A stretch of DNA of 43,142 bases from Nemertoderma westbladi (lineage: Eukaryota; Animalia; Xenacoelomorpha). A model generated the notes under the pieces. The model did no database searches, was not told the DNA's origin, and saw only the letters and a program-made list of their open reading frames with translations. Both the position numbers and the translations under genes were made by a program. Below are positions 24,036-36,180 of the stretch, piece after piece. Location of the stretch: NCBI GenBank assembly GCA_032718475.1, contig JAUCBJ010003659.1:1-43142 (forward strand), written 5' to 3'. Position 1 is the stretch's first letter, and every line of letters begins with the position of its first letter.

Positions 24036-27000
24036 AACCCAGCTGAAGAAATTTATCGATAAAGGATACGCGGAGCACGTACCGGAAGAAGCACCCATAA
24101 TGGAGATAATGTATTATCTAACACATCATTACGTTCTTAAGCCCGGTAAACCCAACGAAGTCCGGGTAGTGTTTGATTGCTCCGCCCTTTACATGGGTCA
24201 ATCCCTGAACTCAGAACTGTTGCCGGGACCCAACTTTCTCCAATCCTTGTTGGGAATATTATTAAGACTGCGGCAATATTCTATCGCATTCGCTTCGGAC
24301 ATAGAAGGCATGTTCTTACAAGTCAAGGTGCTGGATAGGGATCGAGACAGCCTACGATTTCTGTGGAGGCCTCAACCAAAAACTGGTGGAGTACTGGATG
24401 ACCATCCAAGCTTTCGGGATCATCTCGAGCCCCTCGAACACTTGTTCGGTAGTGCGTACCACTGCTGATGACAACCGAGACACCTTCTCTAAAGCTGTTA
24501 TTGACAACATCAAACGGGATATATACATGGACAACAATTTAAAGTCCCTCCCATCGGTGGAAGAAGCCATTGATGTTGCTAAGGGAACGGTAGAGTGCTT
24601 ACAATGCGGTGGATTTCGGCTAACCAAATTCACTAGTAACTCCCGTGAGTTTCTGGAATCGATCCCGGTAGAAGACCGAGGTGTTAAAGATCTGGACCTC
24701 ATCAAGGACGATCTTCCGGAAACCAAGACGCTTGGTTTAAAATGGGACACGGAGAGAGATATCTTGTTTTTCCAGTTAAAACAGCGAGATAATCCAGTTA
24801 GAACTAAACGGATTGGTCTAAGTATCCGAGAACTTATTTCGATCCATTGGGATTTATTAGCCCAGTTATATTGGTTGCTCGGAGCTAGGTGCAACAAATG
24901 TGGCTCGAAAACCACTCGTGGGATGATCCACTTAAGGGAGAACTACTAAAGAAGTGGATGAAATGGAAAGGTTCTCTACCATCCATCGAGAACTTTAAGA
25001 TTTCCTGTTCATATTTTGGTCACGTTCTCCCCACATATTCCTATCAACTCCATGTGTTTGGAGACGCCAGCGATATGGGAATAGGTATAGTAGCCTACCT
25101 GAGGGTTGAAACTCCGGATGGAATTAAAGTTGCCTTGGTCACCTCTAAGGCCTTGATAAACAACAAACTACGAGTTCCTCGAGCGGAGTTAAAGGCAGCT
25201 CTATACGCTACAGCCATCGGCCGGAATGTAACAGAACTGATCGACTATCCACTGGAGAAAACTGTCTATTGGACTGATGCTTTACTCGTTCTGGACATCT
25301 GGAGTATATAACAAATGAAGTCTGTCAGTTCAGCGTCTCCATTACCAACAGAGTAGCCATTATACTCAGTCGCTCTAATGTAGACATTGACCTGGGACAA
25401 TTAATCCAGCCGACATCGCCTCTAGAGGAGCAACCCCTCAAGAACTGATAGATACTCCAGACTGGTTAGGTGGACCCGACTTCCTAAGTAAAGAAGAGGA
25501 TGAATGGCCTCCTCATCTCACCACGGCTGAGATTAGACAAGCCAAGGGAGCGGAGAAAGTCAAACCTAAAACCTGGATGAGTAAATCAAAGTTATTTAAA
25601 CCCGTGATAGATCTGTCTGTACTACACACCTCCGGAGGCGATGCTGTGGATCTAAACTCCCCCACCACGAACAAATCTGTTATAGAAATCAGAGAAAGAG
25701 ACTGGAAATCTGGAACACCAGATGTCTCGCAAGGACTCTCACCTCTCCTGCAGAGAGCAATAAATCATTATAGCTCCTGGAATCAGCTTTGTAAGGCCGT
25801 TGTGTATCTTAAAAGATGTTTCCATCATCACTATTCCAGGACGAAGATCACAAGTGATACCGCTCCAATAATATCCGAAAAGGTCCATGCTATTAAAGAC
25901 CTTCCCGCTTATAAAGTGTCGGATAGGTTTCTGACAGAGAAGATCAGTTACCAAGAGCATGAGGATACCAATAAGCAGATACTGAGACTCCTGCAATGCT
26001 ACGAAGATTCCGATAAGTATTTCCTGTTGTTGAGAAATCCACAGATGCGCTTAAGGGATCGTTTCTCTAGCACAATGATAGATGGGTTACGTGTCGGAGG
26101 GAGATTAACTAATGCTCCTTTGTCCTTTGACACTAAATTTCCCACACTCATTAGAAATCTTGAAATACAAATCAAGATGATTGTAGATGTTCAGAGTAGG
26201 CTTTACCATGCTGGTAGAGAACGAGTTCTTAGCGAAATTCGAACTCGCTAATATTTCCATAAGCCCCGTAGAGCTCTGAACCAAGTTCTTAGGAACTGTA
26301 TACCCTGTAGGAAAGCATTCAGTAGGCCTTTAACACAGCGAGAGGCAGAATTACCTAGGGAACGAGTAAGCTTCTATGAACCACCCTTTACTAATATTGG
26401 TGTGGATTTATTTGGCCCTATTGAAGTATATCGTGCTAGGACTATAGTCAAGCGATGGTGTGTAATCTTTGTCTGTATGACTTGTAGAGCGATCCATCTA
26501 GATATGGTGAACGATCTATCTACCAACAGCTTCATACTGAGTTTACGCCAACAGATCGCTCGTTTTGGAACTAGCAACACCATGAGATCCGACAAAGGAA
26601 TGAACTTCATTGGCGCCAATAATGAGATCAAAGCTTACGTGATAGATTGGAACCAAAGACAGGTGGACGATCAGCTAAGGGTAACAGCATCTAGCTGGAC
26701 CTTCAACGCCGCCGACGCCCCTTGGTGGGGAGGAAGTTGGGAGAAATTAATACGGAGCGTGAAGACCGCATTTCACTTTATAGTGCGGTGCCGCGCGTAT
26801 CTCAACAACGAACTTTTGTGGACGTTAATGGAAGAAATCGCCGCCTATCTTAACGAGAGACCGCTTATGCCAGTCTCATCGAGTCCCGACTCCCTAGAAG
26901 CGCTGACACCCGCGCATTTCCTACTAAAGAAACCTGTAGCCATGGCAACAAACTTGGCAACTTATGCAGTTGTTGTCCCGTCGTTTCGCTGACCATTTTG

Positions 27001-27365
27001 AAAAACATTATCTTCCTACGCTACAACTTCGAACAAAGTGGTTTGCGCAGCAAGAAAACGTCAGCGCCGGAGACATGGTCCTTATTGTGGAATCAGATCT
27101 TCCACGAAAGCGGTGGCAGACAGGTCGTATCATCGAGACTCGTATATCCGATGATGGTTTAGTGCGATCGGTAGAACTCGTCGTCATGTGATGTAACTTT
27201 AAGAAACCTGGAATTGTATTCGAAACACAACAACTTAATCGCCCAGTTGGTCGTTTATGTTTACTGGAAAGAGACCGCGAGTTATCCGGAAACTATGGAA
27301 GGCAAGATACTCTTCCCACGACCACCTCCCTAATCCAACAAACATCTAGGGACTCCCCAACGTAA
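24028..27365 (+). pseudogene. pol: Element C RT, RNase H, integrase (disrupted)
   Basis: KPNEVRVVFDCS, DIEGMFLQV, YMDN (catalytic D to N), FGDAS, VPRAEL, WTDA, DLFGP, SDKGMNF, WEKLIRS, RPVGRLCLLE; stop at 27363-65. Confidence 0.92.
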
Positions 27366-28877
27366 CAGCGTTTGGAGTGGGTGTGTGACTACATTATTTG
27401 ATATTTTTTTTATTATTTTTATATTTATGTATGTATTATTACGTAATTTTATTATTATAATCGTTTTCTTTAATTTTATTTAGTAGAATAATTTTTTAGC
27501 GATTATTCAGTAGATTAATGCAATATATATTCGTGTTTATTACTTAATTACTTAGCATTATATATTTCGTTTAACGGCGAGAAATAATTCATTTTCTCTT
27601 TCCTTACTGTCCGTATCATACTATAAATACGTGACTACAGTAAGATGAAATGTCCGTACTTATTAAAGTACAATACCGCCCCTACTATACTGAAGTATTA
27701 TTGGTAAGTAGAGTATTAGGAATGCAAAGTTCAGATCCTCGTGTCTCGACTACACCAAGCTCTGGGTAGACCTTGGAAACGACTTGCCTCTTCTCACTGA
27801 CATTGCTTCTTGCAATATTGCTCTCATACGTCCCCAGACATGTTCTGGAATAAATCGGTGCTCATCTTAAATATTAAATATTTAATAAATATTTATAAAA
27901 TCTGTTAAAACAAATGTTATAATAGAGTAAATGATAACAAATTGACTCTAGAAAATCTATAAATCAAAAATCTGTTAAAATTTAGATCCTCTAAAATTCT
28001 AGTCGATTAAGATATCGTAGCACTTACCGATACTCTTAAAAAGACAAAATTCCTAGAATTAAGGATCCTAGTACCCAGACATGCTCTGGAATAAAATTGT
28101 GTCTATTTTAATATCAATGTTTATATATCAAATTTTGTCATTTTATACAATTTATAACATTCCCAAAATTCCATTAATTAATAGATCAAGGGAGCGGAGA
28201 TTCACCCTATTAAGTATATTAGTGTGCGAGAATCTCCAGTGTACAGTCAATAGCCAATAAAATTTATAAAATCATGTATAAAGGGGAATATTGACAATTA
28301 AAGAATTACTATTAAATAGCATCCCAGATCTGTATGCATGAGAATTACCCTAATTCTACTGCTAGATTTCCATAATGTCACCATAGCAACAACCACGCTA
28401 GAATTAGAAGCGAGTTAAAAGAACAATAGAAAGCTTGCCCCATTGAATAGCATGCGGAATAAATAGCACCCTGCTAGTATCCAGGGATACATAATAATAA
28501 CGTGGCATTCTGGAAGGCACTGACTAACGGACAAATGGCCCGAATGTGTACAATTTGTGACAGAAGTGTGGAATTTGTGTATTTATAGGTGAAGGTTACT
28601 ACTAAAGTGTGTTTACAGTAGCGAGTCGCAGTTGTGAAAGTTTCCCTGCCTCTGTAGCAAGAACCTCCAGTAATTCTAAGCCCTTGGGATGGACAGTGGA
28701 GTGACTCGCGCTGGTTATTGTTGTCGTTGTGTAGCTACTACGTTGGTGAGAGGCACAGCGACGACAGTACATCAGCGCTGAAGATCTTGCGCTGTCCGGG
28801 GGCATTGAGGGGGAGGCAGCGACGACCGCTGGCCTAAATATCATTAATTATAATATCGATAAACTCATATAGCAGCT

Positions 28878-31070
28878 ATGAAGATGCTATTAATAGAAGA
28901 TGATCTTGGTATCATGGAGCGATATACCCTACCATTGCAAGCGTTTGTTGATAGTTTAATAAGCGGCGACGCTAGTCAACCTACTACGGAGGACGATGGC
29001 CGTTATATCGAACCGCCAATTTCAAAGGAACAGCTCACGCGTGAATTGGACTATAGAAAATTCACCGCTCACTATACGCATCATAATGGTACGTATATGG
29101 ACTTCTTAACTACTGGTCATCCTATCGATTTACACGATACGGACGATGTAGACACTGAAAGGGAAATGATCCTATTTAAATATCATACCCAGCGGAGTCA
29201 GAATGATAAACTGAGAATCGAACATGAAGATTCTATTCGAAACCAACTCGAAAGAGAAGACGTTGAAGAACCGGATAAACGCAGTGACTTCAACGAATAT
29301 TTGGAATTCTTGAGAGAAACATATCTCAATGTAGCCAGTCAACAAAATCTAGAAACTTGATATCCTCAAGGTATACATCATAACCCTATGATAGAACTCA
29401 AATAACTCTATTTCACTATGATGTATCTCACCGCCGATCGACTGCTACCTGTTGTACCGGAAAGCTTCGAACAGATGGACGAATATTGTAAAACTGGAGA
29501 AAGATCACCAGCGTTTCCCCTACAAGACGTGCGTCTTTGGTATTATTGCGATGAATGCCCTAGACCCAACCAACAAACGGAAAGACATAAACATCCGCGG
29601 AGACGTTGCGCTAAACACAGTTTTACTCGCTATACTTACGGGAGTTTCGAGCGAAACCTGTTCGATGTATCACCCACGCACGCACGACTCAAACGATCCT
29701 TAAACAAACCTATGATCAGAGTTCCGGAATACTCGGTCAGACCTCCTCATTCCCTGGTGAGACCTCAGACTCTTGATCCTAATAGTATGACGGATCCTCC
29801 TGAGTTGTATTCATTGTTCAAAGATCTAGTGTTACCCAAACAATTAGTCGGTGGCACTCCGGTTGTGGGCTCCCTAGATATTCGCCCATCCTACCTAGGC
29901 GGATTGGGACGCAGACATCTAATATCGCCATTCAACCCATATAATCGTCCCGGTTTAACCCTGATACAACCCGTCACCGAGGTGGAGGAGAGCGTTGTAC
30001 GAAACGCGTTAGACGCTATTCAACAAAAGATCGGAAAAGGAACCTACGATTGTTTAGATAAACGTAAATTGCAGCAACAAGTCCAAGCGGTAAAAGAATT
30101 CGCTTTTCCTCAGTTCGATCGGGAAATCCAGAATCTCGAAGAAGATATCGAACTTGGACGAACCTATTCTCTACAAGAGTTTTTAGACGAACGCTTCCAA
30201 CGACAAGCGGAGGAAAATCAGCCCGAGGAGAAGCACATCGAAATGGATGAGAGAGAAGAAGCAGCTTTAGCCCAGCCAGAAGCTCAAATCCTTATGACTG
30301 ATCTCAATTCCAAAACCATTATTCATCCTTCAATGGTTCCCCATTTCGGAGACAAACTCTTTGCCACGGTACAACCACAACCGGTTGATATCAACTTAAG
30401 ATCTAGAGATATTATCGCTGACGCTCCTATGTTACAACGTCTGCCAATCGAGGCCGCTCGTGTCGATGGTATACTTGTTGAACCTCCGGATAATCGAGCG
30501 GATCTTGTCCATCGTATGGTACACGAGGTCAACCTACGCGCTAGACCTTTACCAAACTCATTTTATGGGATCGAAGACCATTCTTATTATGTCAATTTAA
30601 CTCAATATTATATGGTGAAACCGGAAGATCCTACGCACAGTTTAAAGTTTCTACCATTGATAAATCCCACGGTGACGCATCCAGAGCTACAAGAAGTTCA
30701 TAGACGACCATATGAATATAGAGCCCGAGAACGCGACTTGGAAAGAACCATCAAACCGAGGAAATTTCTCACTACTCACGGTCAACCTACCGCTCTCGTG
30801 CAAACGACTCGTCAGGGACCAGTAAGAGCTGAAGTCCTGAAACGCACTCTAAAGGTTGTTCTCCCTCGTTCCACTGAGGTTGATATCGATCAACCGGGTA
30901 CCTCGACCGGCGGATACACCGACCATAACCCTAAACCTTCCGATGCAATTGTATTGCACCCCTCACCCAGGAGTTATAGCCCTCATAGTAAAGTGGCCCG
31001 CCCCAAAGAGAAAAGGACTCTTACTAGCCTCAAAAAACTTCGTAAACGCCGTTCACGTAAGAAGGACTAA
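28878..31070 (+). pseudogene. Accessory ORF3 of C, unknown function (~730 codons, two in-frame stops; 29418-31070 open)
   Basis: ORFs 28878 and 29418 share a frame, separated by TGA 29358 and TAA 29403; homologue in A; CDEC-x9-HKH-x4-C-x2-H cluster; KKLRKRRSRKKD tail. Confidence 0.8.
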
Positions 31071-31147
31071 TAGTTTAGAGTATTTTTGTATTTTAGAAAC
31101 TGTGATTTTTATATTTTATAGACTTAAATCCCATTTTCTGGGAGCGG

Positions 31148-32277
31148 TGTAAAAGCTTTTGTGGACATAACAAGTCATTTTTCCGCAATGCGCAAAATAC
31201 TCTAAAATAGCCCTAAATTTATCCAACTACGCGACGGGAAGGAATTGGAGCTGGTGTGATGACATCTATCAGCTGATTCTTTGTGGACGTGGAATTTTTC
31301 TTTGTTCTGCCTCATTCAGCCAATCAGAGCATTTTTCCCTTTATGTCTGACAGAGGCCTATGGAAACCCGCGCAATGCATTACGGTCTTTGTTTACTATT
31401 TTTCTGAGCACCAGAACCACCTCGGAATCTTCTGTACTTCTGTGTAGAAGTTTCAGACTTTGGCCTAGAACATCAGATGGCCTTGATTATAAGATCGTAA
31501 ATCTATTATCATTGAACACTGCATTGAACACTTAACTCACCTTAATCAACTCATTTTACACCTAACTTGTCATTCTACTGAATCACCGCATTGTTTTACT
31601 TCTGTTATTAATTGTTGTTATATTAATGGATATGGTTGTTATATTTGGAGAATACCGATAAATAATCATAAAACCCCCAATCTTCTTGATTACTGAAGGT
31701 AAGAGGAACAGGTTTACCGGTAACAATTGCGACTTACATTATATTGGTTTTGTGTGAATTAAATGCTATTTCATTTCATAATCCCTACGTGTGTCAGTTA
31801 CGATCCCCCTTATATATGATCAAATTCAGTGACGGTCGGCAGATTAGTGTGAAGTAGTGTGAAGTAGTGTGAAGTCGTGTGAAGTAGTGTGAAGGATAAT
31901 AAAGCATCTCCTAAAGAATGCGCTATTTACGAAACTCTGTGGCCATCTAGTTGTGATTAGTATAAGTCATAACTCTGTTTTTATACTTAAAGCGCCACGT
32001 CCTAAAGGAACTGTTAATATTTCCTGAAAGTAAATATATTTGTCAGAGATTATATAGTAACGATCAATCGAATAATACAGTAGGTCTACACTGCAATAAC
32101 TCTCAAGGAATCCGAATCCAGTCTCCCAAAACCGTGGGTGAAAGGTAGCGCACAGACTGGCTTCGGCTGATGTAACTTCAGTACACTAGGTAATTGATAT
32201 AGGCTAAAGTCCATTTATAAACAAGAGGACAACTAAAATTGGCAGGTTAAACTGCTAAAGGTCTAAAAGCGCGAACA
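31148..32277 (+). repeat. 3' LTR of C (1130 bp)
   Basis: GGGAGCGG PPT then TGTAAAAG...GCGCGAACA; contains 5 copies of a 10-bp AGTGTGAAGT repeat (4 in the 5' LTR). Confidence 0.93.
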
Positions 32278-32335
32278 TACAGGGTACATTGTAAGGTCGA
32301 GCTTACAGGGTACATTGTAAACAATGTAATGTAGT
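32278..32335 (+). repeat. 58-bp remnant of target DNA (probably B's LTR) between C and D
   Basis: Continues the GTCGAGCTTA(T/C)AGGGTACATTGTAA duplication that begins at 15187; bounded by both TSDs. Confidence 0.75.
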
Positions 32336-32903
32336 TGTTAGCGAATTCAATTCCGCTAACCACCCCACAAAGTTAGCTTTAAGCAATATTGGGTGCACGA
32401 GGTTGATTGCCAATCAACCTCGTATCACTCCAATAAATGGGGACGAGAAACCCCAAAGGACACACACACAAAGGGGGTCAGAGGTTATACTTCCGAGAGA
32501 GAGAGAGTGACAGTAGTGAGGGGAGAACACTCCCAGAGAGATAGGAGGGCGAGAATTAGGTTATCAGCCAATGGGGGGCAGGCATCCGCTGAGTAATATG
32601 GCCAAACTAGAGCAGTATATTACCGGTCGGTGTATCACATTCATTTACTCAGTTAGTCAGTTCAGTTAGGGCAGAACGGTAACTCTTGTCACCGTCCACT
32701 GCCGCCATCATCATTCAACTACATTACCGGTACTCAACTATCACTTTAAGGCCAACTGGGCTTATACTTTATCATATATATTTATCCATACGTTACCAAC
32801 AATGGTCAGAACAACTCAATAATATCAGAACTCTTTTCACACACACGGCGGGGACGCATAAACAAGATAACCGGATAAATCGGGATTCTCGGATCCCGTT
32901 ACA
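32336..32903 (+). repeat. 5' LTR of D
   Basis: TG...CA; about 14 substitutions (counted by eye) versus 41616-42183; CCAAT, TATA-like GTATATTA and clustered TCAGT Inr-like motifs at 32649-32667. Confidence 0.96.
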
Positions 32904-32946
32904 GTGACAAGAGCCGTAGTAATAAGAACTTATCTGCCCTAAGTGA
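32904..32946 (+). promoter_or_regulatory. Non-canonical primer-binding site of D, complementary to own LTR 32662-32692
   Basis: GTGACAAGAG/CTCTTGTCAC (10 bp) + CCGT/ACGG (4 bp) + TCTGCCCTAAGTGA/TCAGTTAGGGCAGA (13 of 14). Confidence 0.75.
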
Positions 32947-33023
32947 TAAGAACCAGCAGCTGGCCGATACCGCGATACGATAAGACACCCGAAACTAACT
33001 GTAACTGCCAGCCATCGATAAAG

Positions 33024-36000
33024 ATGAGTCGAGAAGGAGAGATGACACCGCCGCGGACCCCGGACGGCGAACTAACAATCCGCGAGGCCGCGACGCAACG
33101 GTACCGACCCACGACGCCGGATCCGTCGACCATAGGCGATCCGGCAATCCAAATGGAGGGGGGCCATCTACAGCGAGACGACGAGTCGAGAGAGGAGAGA
33201 GACGAGTCGACACACGATGGTGATCGACGTGCCGATGTCGCCGGCCAGCCAAAGGCCGAGGGCGACGGACGGCCCACCGGAACGGCGACGGTGGGGCCGC
33301 CGGTACGCCGCCGGATACGGAGGGATAGAGGAGACGTCGGCGACGAGGACGTCGGGAGAGAGCGAGAGGGATTGCCACCGAACTGTTTGAACTGTGGGAA
33401 TGCAGGGGTATGGAGCCTAATAATAATAATAATAATACAGTAGAGAACGCTAATATTAATAGTACTGTAGTGGATAATCCTAATCAAACTTTCATTGCAG
33501 GAAATAATATTTTATCTGATAGTAGTAATTTAAATCTGAACGGTTTCAATATAAATGTAGGAAATAACTCAAATAATCTGAACCAGAATTTGCAAAATAA
33601 TTCAAATAGTATAATTACGCAAAATAATTTAATTGACGATTCAAATAATATAATTACACAAAATAACTCAAATAATATAATCACGCAAAATAATTTAATT
33701 AATTTGGAAAGTAACACTGATGGTGGTGCTATTAATATAAACGCGGCAAGCCCGGGCGGCCCGGCAAATGAGGGCCTGGTAGGCCATGTAGTTAGTAGGC
33801 AGGAAGGGGCGGGGTTGAGTCAACCCAATGAGGGCCTGGTAGGCCACGTAGTTTAGTTAGTAGGCAGGAAGTGGCGGGCCTGGTAGGCCACACGGTAGTA
33901 GAGGGAGAGGTGGGGGTGAATAGACCCAGCCGCAGTAGGGTTAGTGTGTCGACTAGAGAGGGGTGTAGAAGCGAAGTGAGAGATAGTGAAGTGACAGGTG
34001 GCGAGGGGGGGGCTACAGGAGCCCCACAACGAGAGATTAGCGGCGAGAGGGGGGGGGGGGCAAAGAGTGTCCCACAAGCGTCGGCGGATAATGCGCGGGG
34101 CAAATTAGGTGAACCGCAGCACCCGGCGATGGAGAATAGTAGGGGGGTTATGAGTATCCCCAGCGACGTGCGATCGAGCAGAGAGAGACAGGTTGACGTC
34201 GCGAGAGGGCGAGCAATGAGACGTTGAGCCTGATCAGAAGAGGGAAAAAGAACAGTGGAGTTTAACCGGGAGGTCGACGAGAGATCTCATGACCGGGGAT
34301 ACTGCACTACAGAGAGAAGAGGGGAAGAGGGTAGAAGAAGTGTCGTTGCGAACGACAGGAGAGTGAGGACGGATAGCGAGCCGTCGGTAGTAGAGATGGA
34401 GACGGAGAGTCAGTGGGGTCGAACTCTGGGAGATTGCCGTCGCCCCGGGGAGACGCGACCTGACGAGGCGTACTACGCGCAGAGAGAGGGGTACAGGATG
34501 TACCGGTACGAGGACGAGAACAGTAGAGGGGATCGAAGAGAAACTTCCCGGCGGGATATACCTGCCGATCGAGACTACGGTAGCCGCGGGGAGGATTATT
34601 CGAGAAGGTTAAACTTTGATCCCGAGCGACACATACAGACTGCAGGACATACTGTAGGCCTTACTGCACATACCATAGGCCATGCTGGGAGAGATAATGT
34701 AGGATAGCGCGGACAACGGGATTAAACCCGGAAGTTGCGGAGTATATACCGGCAGGTAGGCCAGAAGTAGGTAGGCCTATACCGGTACCAACACAGCAGT
34801 ATGACTACAGCATGCAAGGACATAACATATATCCAGGGGAGGGGAGAGTTATTGCGGATAGGTGCATGGGCCCCAATATATTAACATCAACCCCAGTATC
34901 AAACATACCGGTGGGGGGTGGGGACAGTGTGACATTCCCCTATCACAATACCCACAATATACCCCAATAGGAACAAGAACATCGAACCCTTTGGACGAGA
35001 ATAGATCATGGGACACCGAAATATGGAGGGGGCCGCTACCCCCGATGATATATCCAAGCCAAAGGAAGGCAGCGAATAAGACGAACGGGCCGCACCCAAC
35101 AGGAGAATCTATACAACATCCATCGAACCCATTGGAAGCACAAGCCATGGGAATGGCCACATTAATTGATGCATTAAAAACTAGGATCGAGTTACCACCC
35201 GTGGAACCACTCAAATTTGATGGAAGTAGGCCGGAAGAATACCTGCAGTTTCGGCGAATGTATAGCAATGAGATACTAACGAAGAATTTGACACAAGCGG
35301 AGTGCCTAAAGTATCTGCAAGTGTATACAGGAGGCCCAGCATACGACATCGTGAGGCAATACCAGGGCATCGAGGGTGGCTTCACGACAGCATGGCAGGC
35401 ACTAGACAGGGAATACGGGCACCCGGCCAAGATCATCCGGCAAACCCTAAGAGGTATAACATCGGGTGGCCTACAGGATAACCCGTTAGCATAAAGACAT
35501 TTGCTAACAAAGAAAGCGCTAATCGTGCTAAAGACGCTGGACGCGCCATATGAACTTAACGCATCCAATAACATCACCACGATAGCGCAGGCACTGTCGA
35601 TGTGGTTGCGCAACAAGTGGAGGAAGATCGCTTTCTCCACTCGAGACAGGAAGGGTGCGGAACCGGGTTTAGAAGAGATGTCGAGCTTCTTGAACTATGA
35701 AGCCGAATTAATAACAGACCCAGTCTATAGCGAGGATAGCCTGGGAAAGGGACCAAAGACTGATTACCACAGGCCGAAACCAGAACACAACGCGTCGAAC
35801 GCATTGCCAAAGCTCAGACAGTCACTGCCGTACGCGGCAACGCAGGGGACTGCTATTCCACAAGTAGCCGGGGGTAAGACCACATCATGGAGTGGACAGG
35901 GGAAAAATAACAACACAAATAAACATAACCCCAGCACGCCCAGTAGGCCGAACCCAAGCAATAAGAACAGTAGGGACTTTGGTACGAACGCAAGTGCGAT

Positions 36001-36180
36001 ATGCAGTGCACTGTATAAGGACGGCTACAACCCGAAGAGCAAATGCCAATTACATACAAATGCACTTCATCAGACCATGAACTGCAGGTACTGGCAAGCA
36101 CTACCCAGGGAAGATCAGGTAGAATACGCGAGAAGAAATGAAATCTGTTCGCGATGTGTGATGAGTGGACATGTGACGAG
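33024..36180 (+). pseudogene. gag: Element D gag (frameshifted)
   Basis: ELPPVEPLKFDG..LKYLQVYTGG..AWQALDREYGHP, YEAELITDPVYS, knuckle CSRCVMSGH truncated by deletion. Confidence 0.85.

Larger units (their letters stand above)
15200..32277 (+). mobile_element. Element C: full-length degenerate BEL/Pao element with accessory ORF3
   Basis: Paired LTRs TG...CA; 5-bp TSD TATAG (15195-99) / TACAG (32278-82), one mismatch; gag-pol plus extra ORF. Confidence 0.93.

Noticed and set aside
28878-31070. env gene (also considered for 38823-40914)
   Set aside because: No signal peptide, C-terminal TM anchor or Cys-rich ectodomain; basic NLS-like tails instead.
34849-35640. Long - strand ORFs opposite gag/pol/ORF3 (e.g. 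34849-35640, 10048-10653, 24352-24915, 40215-40823)
   Set aside because: Shadow frames of coding sequence with no recognisable motifs.
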